Origin: Azolla caroliniana
Lineage: Eukaryota; Plantae; Polypodiophyta
Reading direction: 5' to 3'
Length of the DNA stretch: 64,000 nucleotides
Assembly: GCA_043228905.1 (NCBI GenBank)
Contig: JBHGNT010000016.1
Span: forward strand, 16,926,001-16,990,000
Positions within the stretch are counted from its first letter, which is position 1; each line of letters starts with the position of its first letter. Of the stretch, positions 25,341-36,476 are shown piece after piece. A program made the translations under genes and the position numbers. The notes beneath the pieces were generated by a model. That model saw only the letters and a list, made by a program, of their open reading frames with translations, made no database searches and was not told the DNA's origin.

Positions 25341-26712
25341 CACCTTGTCGCTCATCAGGTCTATTAGTCTCACATTGTAGACTAATGACACGTGCCTCAA
25401 GAGCACTCTAAGATTGCCGAAGTTCGGTCATCTGTTGAGCGGTGAAACTAAGGTATTGGGTTATTTGTGCCAAATACATCTCAGTGGACATTTGTCAAGG
25501 AGGATTCCCTTGAGTTCCTTCCGCTTGAGCGGATGACATCGGGTCGTTAATTTGAGCCGTTAAAGATTATTTCTGGAAAAGAAATAGGATAAGGTCAGAG
25601 AGGAGAGATAGTCATAACATCATGTCGTGATGTAAACATATCATGGGGAAACATTAATCGATATCATGATCTCACGTCAATACCCCTCTAGACGTATGAG
25701 ATGAGGTTCAAGATCGGGTTACTATGGTAACACAAAGGTGTTTTAAAAGCCATGGGGGTGACAATTTCATGTCTTTCCCTGATCTCTATATCGATTTTTT
25801 CATGGCGGCTCCCTGAGGCTCAACCATGTATGTTCGCGTCATGAGTAGTTTATACACGAAAAAATATGTGGTTTCGGCTCTTTAAGTCCTATTACGAGGA
25901 CCTTGAGGTGCACTTAGACCTTAAGTCTAAACGAGTGTTATACTCATATGTATCAAGGATGTTGTATGGTCTTGGTCATATTTGAACTCGAGACCTCGAG
26001 AACAAATACATTAAACACTCGAGCCAACCAAGTAAGTTGCTCTTCTCAAATGCTTAATGTTTGATGCGTATAAGAGATATGCGAGGCATTTGATCATATA
26101 TGTTTTTTTTAAAAGAACATATATGTCAAGGGTCCTTATTTCGCCCTCATTTACCAAAACTATGTTGGTACGTTACCTAACCTCAAGTCTCGTAATTACG
26201 ATGGCATACGCCAAAGTGCAACCTAATGGTCAAGCCAAATGAGCCCTCGTTTCATAGTAGGCCTACATGGCCCATCACATGGTCACGTCATTACGAATGC
26301 CTCTCGTAAGAACGAGCTCATGGTGGCATCGTATCCATGTAACGAGGGAGGGATGTTGGATACATGTATCATTGGAGCGACCTCACTTAAAGTGGGTCAA
26401 GGCCTACGTACTCAACATCATTATGGCTATAGGCGTTTCTTTATGTAACGAAATCGAGGTCATCAACGGGGTTGTCAACAATCAAAAATTGTTGAAAAAG
26501 GGATGGTGGCAATGCCATTCTCACAAAAATGTGAGGACGGCCACCAACATCCTTTTCCCGACAAGGACAACTTTCGATATAATCAGGTAATAACGAATAT
26601 ACACATATGTTTACTTATCACATATATACGATCAAATACGTATATACGTGACCACATATGCCTATATTAAACATATTGTTATATTAAATAGCCACAAATG
26701 ATGTGATCGAGA

Positions 26713-26970
26713 TACGTAATCGAGGTATATACCTCTACGCACACGAAACATCCACAAATAAGAGATCATCGTAATACGCAATTGAGGTATTGACCTCTTA
26801 CGCATACGAGACCGAACGCATATCCTTTACAACAAATCAAGGTATTAAACTCATACGCAAACGTAACATATGTTCGTGAACGTAATACGTAATTGAGGTA
26901 TTAACCTCGTACGCATACGACACTCATCACATATTATTTATATGACAAACGAGGTATTGACCTCGTGCAC
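26713..26970. repeat. Five spaced hairpin repeats GAGGT-N4-ACCTC in the chromovirus 5' leader
   Basis: Copies at 26722, 26784, 26839, 26895 and 26951. Confidence 0.8.
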
Positions 26971-27226
26971 ATATGTAAACGTTTTAGATAATCAATTAAA
27001 GACCACTACAACATCATTGACTTAATGAAAAAAAATGACATGTAAACTAAACACATGATTAGATGGGAGAAGAGAGAATAGAAAAAAATAATAATTACGG
27101 AAAGAGTTACCGAAGTTCTTTGTTGATCGTTGTTTGGATCAAGGCTGACCGCACATCGATCGATCACCATCAATCAAAAGACAAAAGACAAACAAAGAAA
27201 CATTAGTACATAGCTCTGATACCAAA

Positions 27227-27681
27227 TATTAGAGATCTAGGTACTAAAGTAAGCTTAAGATAAGGATAAACAAATGATAGATAGAAAGGAGAAAGAGAAA
27301 GAAGGGTGCCGATCCACCCGACCACCACCGAGCGAAGGGATTGAGACGGACTCGAGCCTCGATCGGCGTCCCATACCACCGCCGTGGCTTTGAGTCATAC
27401 CTGGTGCTGGCGCGCTCGCTACAAGAGTTGACCCAACACAAGAGCAGAGTCTCGATGTAGTCAAAAGATGATCAAATGAGGGTAGCTAGGCCTCTTATTT
27501 ATAGCGATACCCAAGGCCCCCAGGCAAGTTCACACTTGACCTAATGGGTTGTCTCAATCCCGAGGATTAAAAGTAATCGTCCCCTTCTTTACACTCTCGT
27601 TTAACCCTCACACTTATCCACGTGTATAGAATACTACGGTAAATTCTCACCACGGGATATTAAATGGTCATGCCCGTAACA
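27227..27681 (-). repeat. 5' LTR of the iMet chromovirus
   Basis: Direct repeat of 15208-15662, adjacent to the PBS. Confidence 0.94.
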
Positions 27682-27686
27682 CTAGC

Positions 27687-28652
27687 TATGTAGGATGAGA
27701 AGCATTTCCAGTCCGGGGTCAAGTGGAACGACGCTCCGGAATCGACAGCCCACGTTGTCTAATCGCCGGAAAGGTTCAACTCACTCTCCTCGGTGATGAG
27801 CATCAACTCTTCTTCACTTGCTGCGATTGTCCTGGTTCCCTACCGGTCCGGTCCCCTCCGATCTTTACCGTTCCGGTCCGGTGACTGTTTTGAATCGGTA
27901 CTGTCAGTTTCCTTGTCTTTCCAGAAGTGCCGACAGTTTTTCTGGAAGTGTCCCGGCTTGCCACAATAGAAGCAAGTAGGCCTCCCCCTTGACTTTGACC
28001 GTGTCCCCGACTTTTCCCGGTTCCTTTGTCTTCCGCATTTCGATTCTGTAAGGAGCGCTTTGGAGTCGGACCTCATATTCTTGTCTTTCCGACGCTCCTC
28101 CTCATCTAGCAAGCTCGACTTGACTCTTGCTAGGGACAACTGTTTTCCTTCCGGCCCGACATTGCCCAAAGTGACAACTAGCGTCTCGCAGCTATCTAGG
28201 AGGGAACTGAGCAAGAGCAATGCTAGTACCTCATCGGCGAGAGGTACTTCCAACGATGTTGCCTGGTGAATCAGCCCCTAGAAGGCATTCATGTGCTCCG
28301 CCATGCTAGAGCCATCTTGGTACCGGAGCCTCACTAGCTTCCGGAATACCGAAACCCGATTAATGACATTCTTGTTCTGGAACATGATGCTAATCTTCTC
28401 CCAGAGCTCATGAGCCTTACTCTCCTCGTTGAAGTTGTTGTACAGGCTCATGTCGATGAAACACCGGATGTATGCAATTGTCATCATGTGCATCACCTCC
28501 CACACCGTGGCGTCGATCTTATCTGGTCTCTTGTCCCTGAACTGAACCAGCAACCAAAGATCTTTCACCACGAGCATGTCCCTCATCTTCGACTTCCACA
28601 TTGAGTAGTTGGAGCCGATGAGCTTGAACATGCCACCATAGGATTCTTCCAT
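27687..28652 (-). pseudogene. Copia-B gag and protease start
   Basis: MEESYGGMFKLIGSNYSMWK and CFYCGKPGHFQKNC. PBS TGGTATCAGAG at 28679-28669. Confidence 0.9.
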
Positions 28653-28682
28653 TTTCTGTGTCGTTTCACTCTGATACCATAT

Positions 28683-29505
28683 TGATGCAAAATATGCGTA
28701 TGCGGAATATATCTCAGCCACAACTGAGACTTGAATCACTTCGTGAGAATCCCAACCACAGACAAAATGGCCAATGAAGATAAATACACGCACACACAAA
28801 TAGTATGAGAGAGAGTACACAGGATGTTTACGTGAAAAACCCTAAACGGGAAAAACCACGGGAGCCCACAAGCTCCAAACTATCACAATCTCTTAGACGA
28901 ATACAACAGGGGAACACAGAGGCAATGACCTCGTGCTCACAATCTTCGCCTGGCGGCGGTTATAGCAGAGACTCAATCTGTATCTCTCTCTCTCTCTCTC
29001 ACTCTGACTCTGTACAGTAGTTACACTCAATAACTCTATACAACAAATAATGATCAACTACCATAGTTTTCCCTAGGTCATATTTATACTAATATGACTT
29101 TCGAGCTATTTACAAATATACCCCCAGTGCAGAGGCAACGACCTCGTGCTCACAATCTTCGCCTAGCGGTGATTACAGCAGAGACTCACTCTGTATCTCT
29201 CTCTCTCTCTCTCACTCTGACTCTGTACGACAGTTACACTCAATAACTCTATACAACAAATAATGATCAACTACCATAAGAGTTTGCCCTAGGTCATATT
29301 TATACTAATATGACTTTCAGGCTATTTACAAATATAGCCCAGTGGGCTCTTTGGAACATATTTACATATATGACCCTTCATCCGGTAAGAGGTTCTCACC
29401 AGGCCTGCGTCATCCGGTTCTCATCGGGTCTTCCTTGCCGGGTACTCATCATCCGGTTCTCACCGGACCTTCATCATCCCATCTGGAGGGAACAAAATCC
29501 TAACA
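28683..29505 (-). repeat. Copia-B 5' LTR with an internal tandem duplication of about 213 bp
   Basis: The block AGAGGCAA(T/C)GACCTCG...CAAATATA occurs at about 28918 and 29131, but only once in the 3' LTR. Confidence 0.9.
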
Positions 29506-30070
29506 ATGAGAAAAAGGGTTATCAGTGTTATAACCCCCAAACAAAACAAGTTTGAGTGAGCCGAGATGTCGGATTTGATGAGTCGACATCATGGTACTCT
29601 CTACCAGATTCGATGTCCGACTTTGACCCGATTCCAGAGGATGAGGTCAGTGAGCCCGAAATGATCCGGGCAGAAGATGAAGGAGATTCGGGTATTCTAG
29701 ATGAGAGTTTGATCTCATTCCGGCTAGGTGGGCCGAATGAGCGACTTAGTCAGAACGACCAGTCGGACGACGAGCCGGCGAGTAGTGGAGACTCAGCCGT
29801 GCTTTCCCCGAGTAAGGAACCGAAGAGACGGTTCACACACAAGGAAAAGGGGAATAAGAAGATGTTGGAGTATGACACCGACAAAGACGAGTTAGATCAG
29901 AGTGAATCCGACTCTGGAAAGAACAAGGACGGAACTTCAGGAATGACGTCTGAGCTGGCCAAGAGGGCCCACAAATTGGCTAACAAGAAGTTATGTCGAT
30001 CAACCCATCAGAAGAACCTCATCAAGAGGTACGGGCACAATGAGTACATGGCGTATCACTATGCATACAT

Positions 30071-30620
30071 CACGAATTTTTCTTATTTAGGAATTTTTCT
30101 TTCTTTCTTATAATCTATTTATATTCTTATTAGCCTTAAAACCCTCCTCCTATTCGAAAACCCCAACAGTTCCCACCCGTCTCACGCAACGATCCGATGA
30201 CAAAAGGCACGACACAGTTGGTGAACCCGACATGAAACCGGATGGCAAGGAGATGGAGAATGAACAGGAGGTGATGAACATGATGATGATGATGTTTGAG
30301 TGGATGCTACAAGAACAACGAGCAAAGTCGGAGATCACGATGGCAATAAAGCGGCTCGTACAACGAAACGAACAATTCAAAGGAAACGATGTGTCACGCT
30401 ATCTACGTGACTACAAGGCGGAGATGATGCGATGTAGGATACCGGAAGGATTGCAAGTGATATCCTTCAATTGGGTGGCCACGAATGAGCGACAAGAGAG
30501 AATCCACAAGATACGACAACAAACTCGACATGGGAATCCTTTAAAGAAGCTTTATGAGAGGCATATGACTATGAGAGACCGAAGGGACGAGATCGACGTG
30601 AGTTTGACCAAAGGGTGGCA
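30071..30620 (+). mobile_element. Fragment of a Trp-primed Gypsy: LTR 3' end, PBS and gag start
   Basis: ...AAAGGCACGACA (30214), CAGT, TGGTGAACCCGACATGA, then the gag motif FKGNDVSRYLRDY. Confidence 0.82.
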
Positions 30621-32161
30621 TCGGCCAAGATCTAGGTTGCTGACTCAGGAAGAGTCTTTATGGCCTGAAACAGACACCGTGATAGTGGTACAAGAAGTTC
30701 AACAACTTCATCCAACTGGTTGGCTTCTCAAAGAGTGATGAGGACCACTGTTTCTTCACAAAAACAACTCGAGATCAGTCAGCCATCTTCCTCATCATCT
30801 ACGTGGACGACATGCTACTCTTTGGTCGGCATACCGAAGAGCTCGCCGAATTCGTTCAGCAACTGCCGCTGAAGTTTTCTATGAAGGACCTCGGTCCAAC
30901 CACACACATTCTCGGGATGAAGATAAGTTTGAATCGAAATCGACGACAGTTGATTTTGTCGCAATCCGACTATATTACACGTGTCCTCGAATGCTTCAAC
31001 ATGCAATCGGCAAAATGTACTTCGACCTCGCTCCCCATTAGCTATTGGTTGTCTTAGCGGGAATGCCCGACATCCCGTCCGAAGGGGGTAATTATGAAGT
31101 CAGTACCGTATGCAGTTGTAGTTAGCTCCTTGATGTACGCGATGGTCACGACATGGCCTGACATCGCTGACGTTGTCGGAGTATTCAACTGATTCATGCA
31201 CAATCCTAGTTATTCAGATATCTGGTGGGGACAAAAAAGCTAGTTATTCTATTCGGTCCGAATGACACGTCAAGTGTAGTTAGATACACAGACTCGGACT
31301 TTGCAGGTTGCATGGAGAACCGGAAATCAACAACCGGATACTGTTTTAAATTTGGCAATGGAGCAATTTCGTGGAAATTGCAACTTTAGGATTGGAGTGC
31401 TAGATTAACGACCAAGGCCGAATATGTAGCCACATCTGATGCGGTGAAGGAGGCTTTATGGCTTGGTCGGCTGGCACACACGTTTCGACAAGGTGACTCC
31501 AACTCAACTCTAGTTATCCAAATCAACAGTCAGGGTGTTGTCACTCTGTCGAAAAATCCGGTCCAGGAAAACACCTCGAAGCACATCGATGTTCGATATC
31601 AGTTTGTTTGAGACTACGTCATTTTAGGGAAAGTCAACCTCGGGAAGATACCTACATTCAATAATGTTGCAGATAGGATGATAAAGTGTCTCTCGGCTGA
31701 TCGAATTCGAATCCTTCAACACCAAATGGGCGTAATGAAGAATCAGTTTGATTATGTCGGACACTGAGGACGTTTTTCGAACAATTGACTTTGATAGTTC
31801 GAAGTTCGGCTTCAATCTCTTGGACTTTGGCCAATTCGGCCTTCTGTTTTTCGGAGCTCACCGACTTGAATGAAATTTCAATTTGTTCAAAACACCTATA
31901 TTAATCTGTATTGTATATTTATTTTGATTTACAGATTTTCGATGTATACACCCAATTATGGGGGATTGTTGAATATGGGTCTGTAATGGACGTATTCACA
32001 TTGTCTCTTTTGTACACACTAGGTTTAGGCTATTTATGTAATTAGTGAGAATGGCAATTGCCCTAAGTTAGTCAGTATATAAACTGACTTTGTAACCTAG
32101 TTTTGTTGTTTGAAAATATAGTTGATCTTGTGCTCGAGTTTCTTGTGATCGAGTTTCTTTC
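30621..32161 (+). mobile_element. Old Copia 3' fragment (RT, RNase H, PPT, truncated 3' LTR from 31967)
   Basis: IIYVDDMLL, FSMKDLG and KHIDVRY remnants. GGGGGAT|TGTTG marks the PPT/LTR junction. Confidence 0.8.
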
Positions 32162-34389
32162 TGTTGAGGGACAAGGTCAACATTGGGTGCGTAACCCAAT
32201 GCATAGACTAGGTGTGTAAAATAGTACGCATAATGTGGCCGTATCCGTGCGTAAACCGAACGGCCGTAAGAATAATATTCCTCATAAGGAATAGTTTTGG
32301 AGTAAGTGTAGTAGGCTCATTTATGAGGAGTCAAGTATTGTCAGTACTTGTGTCATCCCGATTTAAGGGCATGTATAAGAAGTGCTCACTGAGCACGAAA
32401 TATGTACAGAGTGTTATTATTTTGAAATAGGATAGAGTTGTCTGCTCTCTCTCTCTCTCTCTCTCTCTCTCCGTCTCTCCCTCTCCATGCGTGCGTTTTC
32501 TGTGTTTTACTGAACTGTCATTTTCTAAACTGTGTACTCTGTGTTTCCCATACGCTTCCACATATATATTCTTTTACATGGTATTAGAGCGCGAGGGTTG
32601 AAGTCCTCTGCAGCCGACAAAAAAGATTGCGACAGAGACATAGTTGAGTTTTCTTGGTTTTCTTGAAAGATAAGACAACAACATGGACAAAGGAATGGGA
32701 AGCTCACTACCGACTGAGAAGCTCGATAGGAGGAACTATGCATCTTGGTCATACAAGATGCACCAGTACTTGCTTGGTCATGGCTATTGGAGTTATGTCG
32801 AAGGAGATAATGATACAACACCCGAATCAACACACAGGGATTTTTCAGCTTCGGAACAGGCGGCAAGCAGAGTTCTCTACTCCTTTGCGTCTTATGTGAG
32901 CAACCAGCTCTTGAGCTATATTCGGGATGCCAAGACGCCAAAGGACGCATGGCCGAATCACAAGAAGATTTTCGCCACTAGTACCACAGCCAGGAAGCTT
33001 CAACTCAGGTAGGAGTTGACCATTGTTCGTCAACGAGATATGTTGGTGGCTGATTACACCTCCAAGATCAAACAAATCTGCACTCTCTAGTCTCCGTCAA
33101 TGTGAACGTCAAGGAAGATGAAATGGTGCAGGTTTTTCTTGGTGGGTTAGCGTCAAAGTTCGGAGCTTTCCGAACGGCGGTTTGTACGAGGGAGAATACG
33201 CCTTTGTTCTTTGAGCTTCAGTCAATGTTGCTCGTAGAGGAAAATCACGCGGGTATGTCGACGAGTACGCACGCCGACGACAAGATGTTGTACGTAGACA
33301 GAGATAGGCCTTGTGGTCGTGGCGGACATGGTGGATCGGCGCATAATGGAGGCGGCCGAAAAAAGCAGAATGGACGGCATAATTGAAATGCCAAAAGCAA
33401 TTACGAACCCTCCGGAAGCAGGGGGAGTCATAGCGGCACCAGAAGCCGGCAAGATAAGGCCACAACAGAATGTTGGTACTATGGGAAGAAAGGCCACAGG
33501 AAGAGCGAGTGCTGGAAGAAACAAGCCAATTCGGACAAAGCCGAACCGAGCGGGAGAGACGCGGGAAGGCATCAAAAGTTGCACTACGTTGAGGGCTCCG
33601 AACGATCCGGAAATGGATCGGGCCCCGCCTTCATAATGAAGCACAAGGCCAATTCGATGGTTGTGAACACCTCGAAATCGAGCGAGGTATGGTATGTTGA
33701 TTCCGGAGCGTCAAATCATATGACGAGTCACGAGGAATGGTTCTTGTACTTGGAGAAGCCGGAAAAGCAAGGGGTAGTCGAAACGGGAGACGACACTCCG
33801 CATACCATCGAACATGTCGGTGAAGTTCCCCTCAGCCATGTCGGGCCGAAAGGGAAGTTCTTGAACGTGCTACACGTCCCAACAATAAAGAAGAACCCGG
33901 TGTCGGTCGGATAGATTGTCGGCCAAGGGATGCATGTTCGATTCACGCATCTACGCTGCTTCATAGAAGAGGAAGGCAAGATAATCGCGTAGGGGCGCTG
34001 TGAAGGGAGGATGTTTATCCTCGAAACCAACAATGTGGGTTTATTTTTTCAAACAATTCTATATGGATATGTAAGGCAATCTCTAGATATATGTATACTT
34101 AGATATAGATTACCTAAACAATGGCATGTTTGGGATGGGCCCACTTTTGCCTTTGCTATGTTTGCGAAAGGGAAGAAGGTCAAGTCGGACATCGACCTGT
34201 GGCATAAGCGGTTCGGCCATATTAACTACCCGCGGCTTCGTGAAATGCAAACTAAGAACATTGTGTTCGGCATGCCGAAATTTCGAGGCCGGAATAGCCA
34301 AGTCTGCGAAGCTTGCAAGATGGGAAAACAACACCGACTTCCATTCCCCAACGAGCGTAATTGTAGTCGAAATCCGCTAGATTTGATCT
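32162..34389 (+). mobile_element. Copia-D 5' half: LTR 32162-32578, iMet PBS, gag, protease, pre-integrase
   Basis: TGTTGAG...TTTTACA followed directly by TGGTATTAGAGC. KLDRRNYASWSYKM, WYVDSGASNHM and LWHKRFGH. Confidence 0.88.
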
Positions 34390-36476
34390 TGTTAATAATT
34401 AGGTAAGTAATTAAGTATGGGTTAATTAGTACCTAATTATGTGATTAGTTCATAAGAGGAAGATTAAGTGATCTGTGTGAGAGGAAGATACACTTATGAA
34501 CAACACAAGATGGGGGATGAGTAACTATGTTTAATTAGCATTATCATCATCATCAAATACAAAAATACCATCAATGAGGTATATATAGATCTCATGTGCA
34601 AGGGTGCACATGTGTGAGGAGAATATAGGTACAACCGTGTAAGTCCTATATTAAATGTACTTGGGAGTGGAGGATCTAGAATATCCCACTTAAGTACAAG
34701 GTCTTATTTAAGGCATTATAGTCAACACTTCTAACTAGATTCTATCTAGGTAACTACGAAGTTACATTGTTGACTAACTAACTAAACTAAGTTGAGCTTG
34801 ATCTCTCAACACGCCCCCTCAAGCTCAAGTGTGAGGCGTCCAAGATCCGCTTTGGCTTCTTTCGGCTTCGTGTGCTTCCGTCCAGCCTTCGGCTTTCTTC
34901 GCTGTGGCAATCTCGGTTTCTCCCCCTCAAGCCGGTGACGAAGGCTTGTAGTGTGTGGGCGAAGGCCGACTACTTCCACCCATCGTGGGTTATGAGCCAC
35001 TTCGGTGGAGCTCTTGGGCTCTTGTTTGGTCACTACCTTCATCGCGAAGGCGTAATGATGGGCCATGTACTCGTTGTAGCCGTGCCGAGTGACGGGGTTC
35101 TTAGCTGTAGATGAGCGTCGAAGTTTTTTGCTTGCCGATGTGAGCGCCTTCTTTACTCCGGGTGTACGCATGATGGGTACACCAAACTCACTGTCTAGTG
35201 AGGGAGCCGATCCATCTGAATCATTGTCGTCGGGATGGTCGACTTCGTATTCAATTATCTTACCTTTGCCTTTGTCCAAGTTCATACTTGGCCGCGATAT
35301 GCTTGGGTCGCATCAGGGCTCTTGTGCCCCACTAGGCTTTGCCGTAATCGGACTTTCTTCGAACATATGTTCGAAGCGATCTCCATCTTCTACCTCTTGT
35401 TTGGTGGATTCCGGGCTGACCATAGTCGGAGTCGAAGTTGTCTCTGGTGCATACCAAGATGCAGACTCGTCGAAGACTACGTCTCGACTTACCCAAACCA
35501 CTCGAGTAGAAGGGTTGTAGCACTTGTACGCCTGCTTCTCGGACAAGTATCCTATGAGGATACATTCCTCTGGCTTCGCGTCGGGCTTCTGCCGTTGTTC
35601 GTTTGGGATTCGTACATTCACAATGCTTCCAAACACCTTGAGGTGCGATAGGATCGACTTCCTTCCAACGAGGAGCTCGTAGGGAGTTAGGTCATGCACT
35701 CCATTAGTGGTGCATTGATTCATGAGATAGACGGCCGTGGATGACGCTTCACCCCAATAGAAATTCGGCATGTGCATCTCATGCATCATGGCGCGTGCTA
35801 CCTCGATTATTTGCCGATTCTTCCTTTCGGCTACTCCATTTTGTTGGGTGTGTGTGTCGGCATGAGAATGTTGTACGAATGCCTTCACTTTGGAGGTAGA
35901 AGGTGAATTTGTCGAAGAAGTACTCCTTGCCTCCATCCGATCTTAGGCATCGAATGTGCCGACCGATTTCTTTTTCGACTTTTCCCTTGAGTTTTTGGAT
36001 GTGGGAGAACACTTCGCTCTTCTTCTTCATCAGGTAGATCCATGCGTAGCACAAGTAGTCGTCGATGAAGGTTACGTAGTATCGGCATCCGCCGATCATC
36101 AGCGTTTGAGCCGGTCCCCATACATCCAAGTGTATGACGTCGAGGAGGCCTTTGCTTGTGGAGGTCTCCTTCGGGAATGGGAGTCGATGTTGTTTGCCGA
36201 GTTGACACGCTTTGCATACTCGGTCCACTCGTTTTGAATCAAATGTGGGAAGTCCAATGAAGACTCCCTTCGTTTGCATCGCTCGAAGCCATTGGAGGTT
36301 TATGTGGCCGATTCTCTTGTGCCATAACTCGATGCTTATCTCGGTTTTGATACTTTTAGCGTACATTGCCGATTTCACCTCGTTTGAATCGAGGATGAAC
36401 ATTGGGTCGTCTCTCTGCTCCTTACCTATGAGTCGTCCATCTTTCTCAATGAAACAACCTTCGTTGTTGAACCTGA
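34390..36476 (-). mobile_element. Copia-E 3' half: LTR 34390-34811, PPT, integrase, with RT/RNase H deleted
   Basis: TGTTAATA...CTCAACA then CGCCCCCTCAAG. LWHKRIGH, LRSDGGKEY and QQNGVAERKNR. The ORF jumps from PRWVE straight to the 3' tail. Confidence 0.87.

Larger units (their letters stand above)
15208..27681 (-). mobile_element. Ty3/Gypsy chromovirus with iMet PBS, non-autonomous, nested in the Copia-B protease region
   Basis: 455-bp LTRs at 15208-15662 and 27227-27681, target duplication CCAGC/CTAGC (CCGGC in Copia-A), PPT at 15663-15678, PBS TGGTATCAGAGCTA at 27224-27211. Confidence 0.94.
11548..29505 (-). mobile_element. Full-length Copia-B (same family as Copia-A), degenerate, hosting a chromovirus
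   Basis: Perfect target duplication ATGAG (11543-11547 and 29506-29510), LTRs at 11548-12140 and 28683-29505, PPT at 12141-12152, and an iMet PBS. Confidence 0.95.
10243..30070 (+). mobile_element. Degenerate Copia-C fragment (protease-integrase), split by Copia-B into 10243-11547 and 29511-30070
   Basis: WYFDSGVSNHM and CEACQLRKQHR. KSEKCIL..SHE continues after the ATGAG duplication as KKGYQCYNP. No LTRs found. Confidence 0.85.

Noticed and set aside
25975-26040. Degenerate tRNA/SINE-like boxes on the minus strand (also near 57605-57660)
   Set aside because: Matches to A and B boxes are too poor to support by eye.
26713-26970. CRISPR-like look (palindromic repeats with variable spacers)
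   Set aside because: Repeats are short and degenerate, spacers show dimeric relatedness, there are no cas genes, and the context is a eukaryotic retrotransposon.
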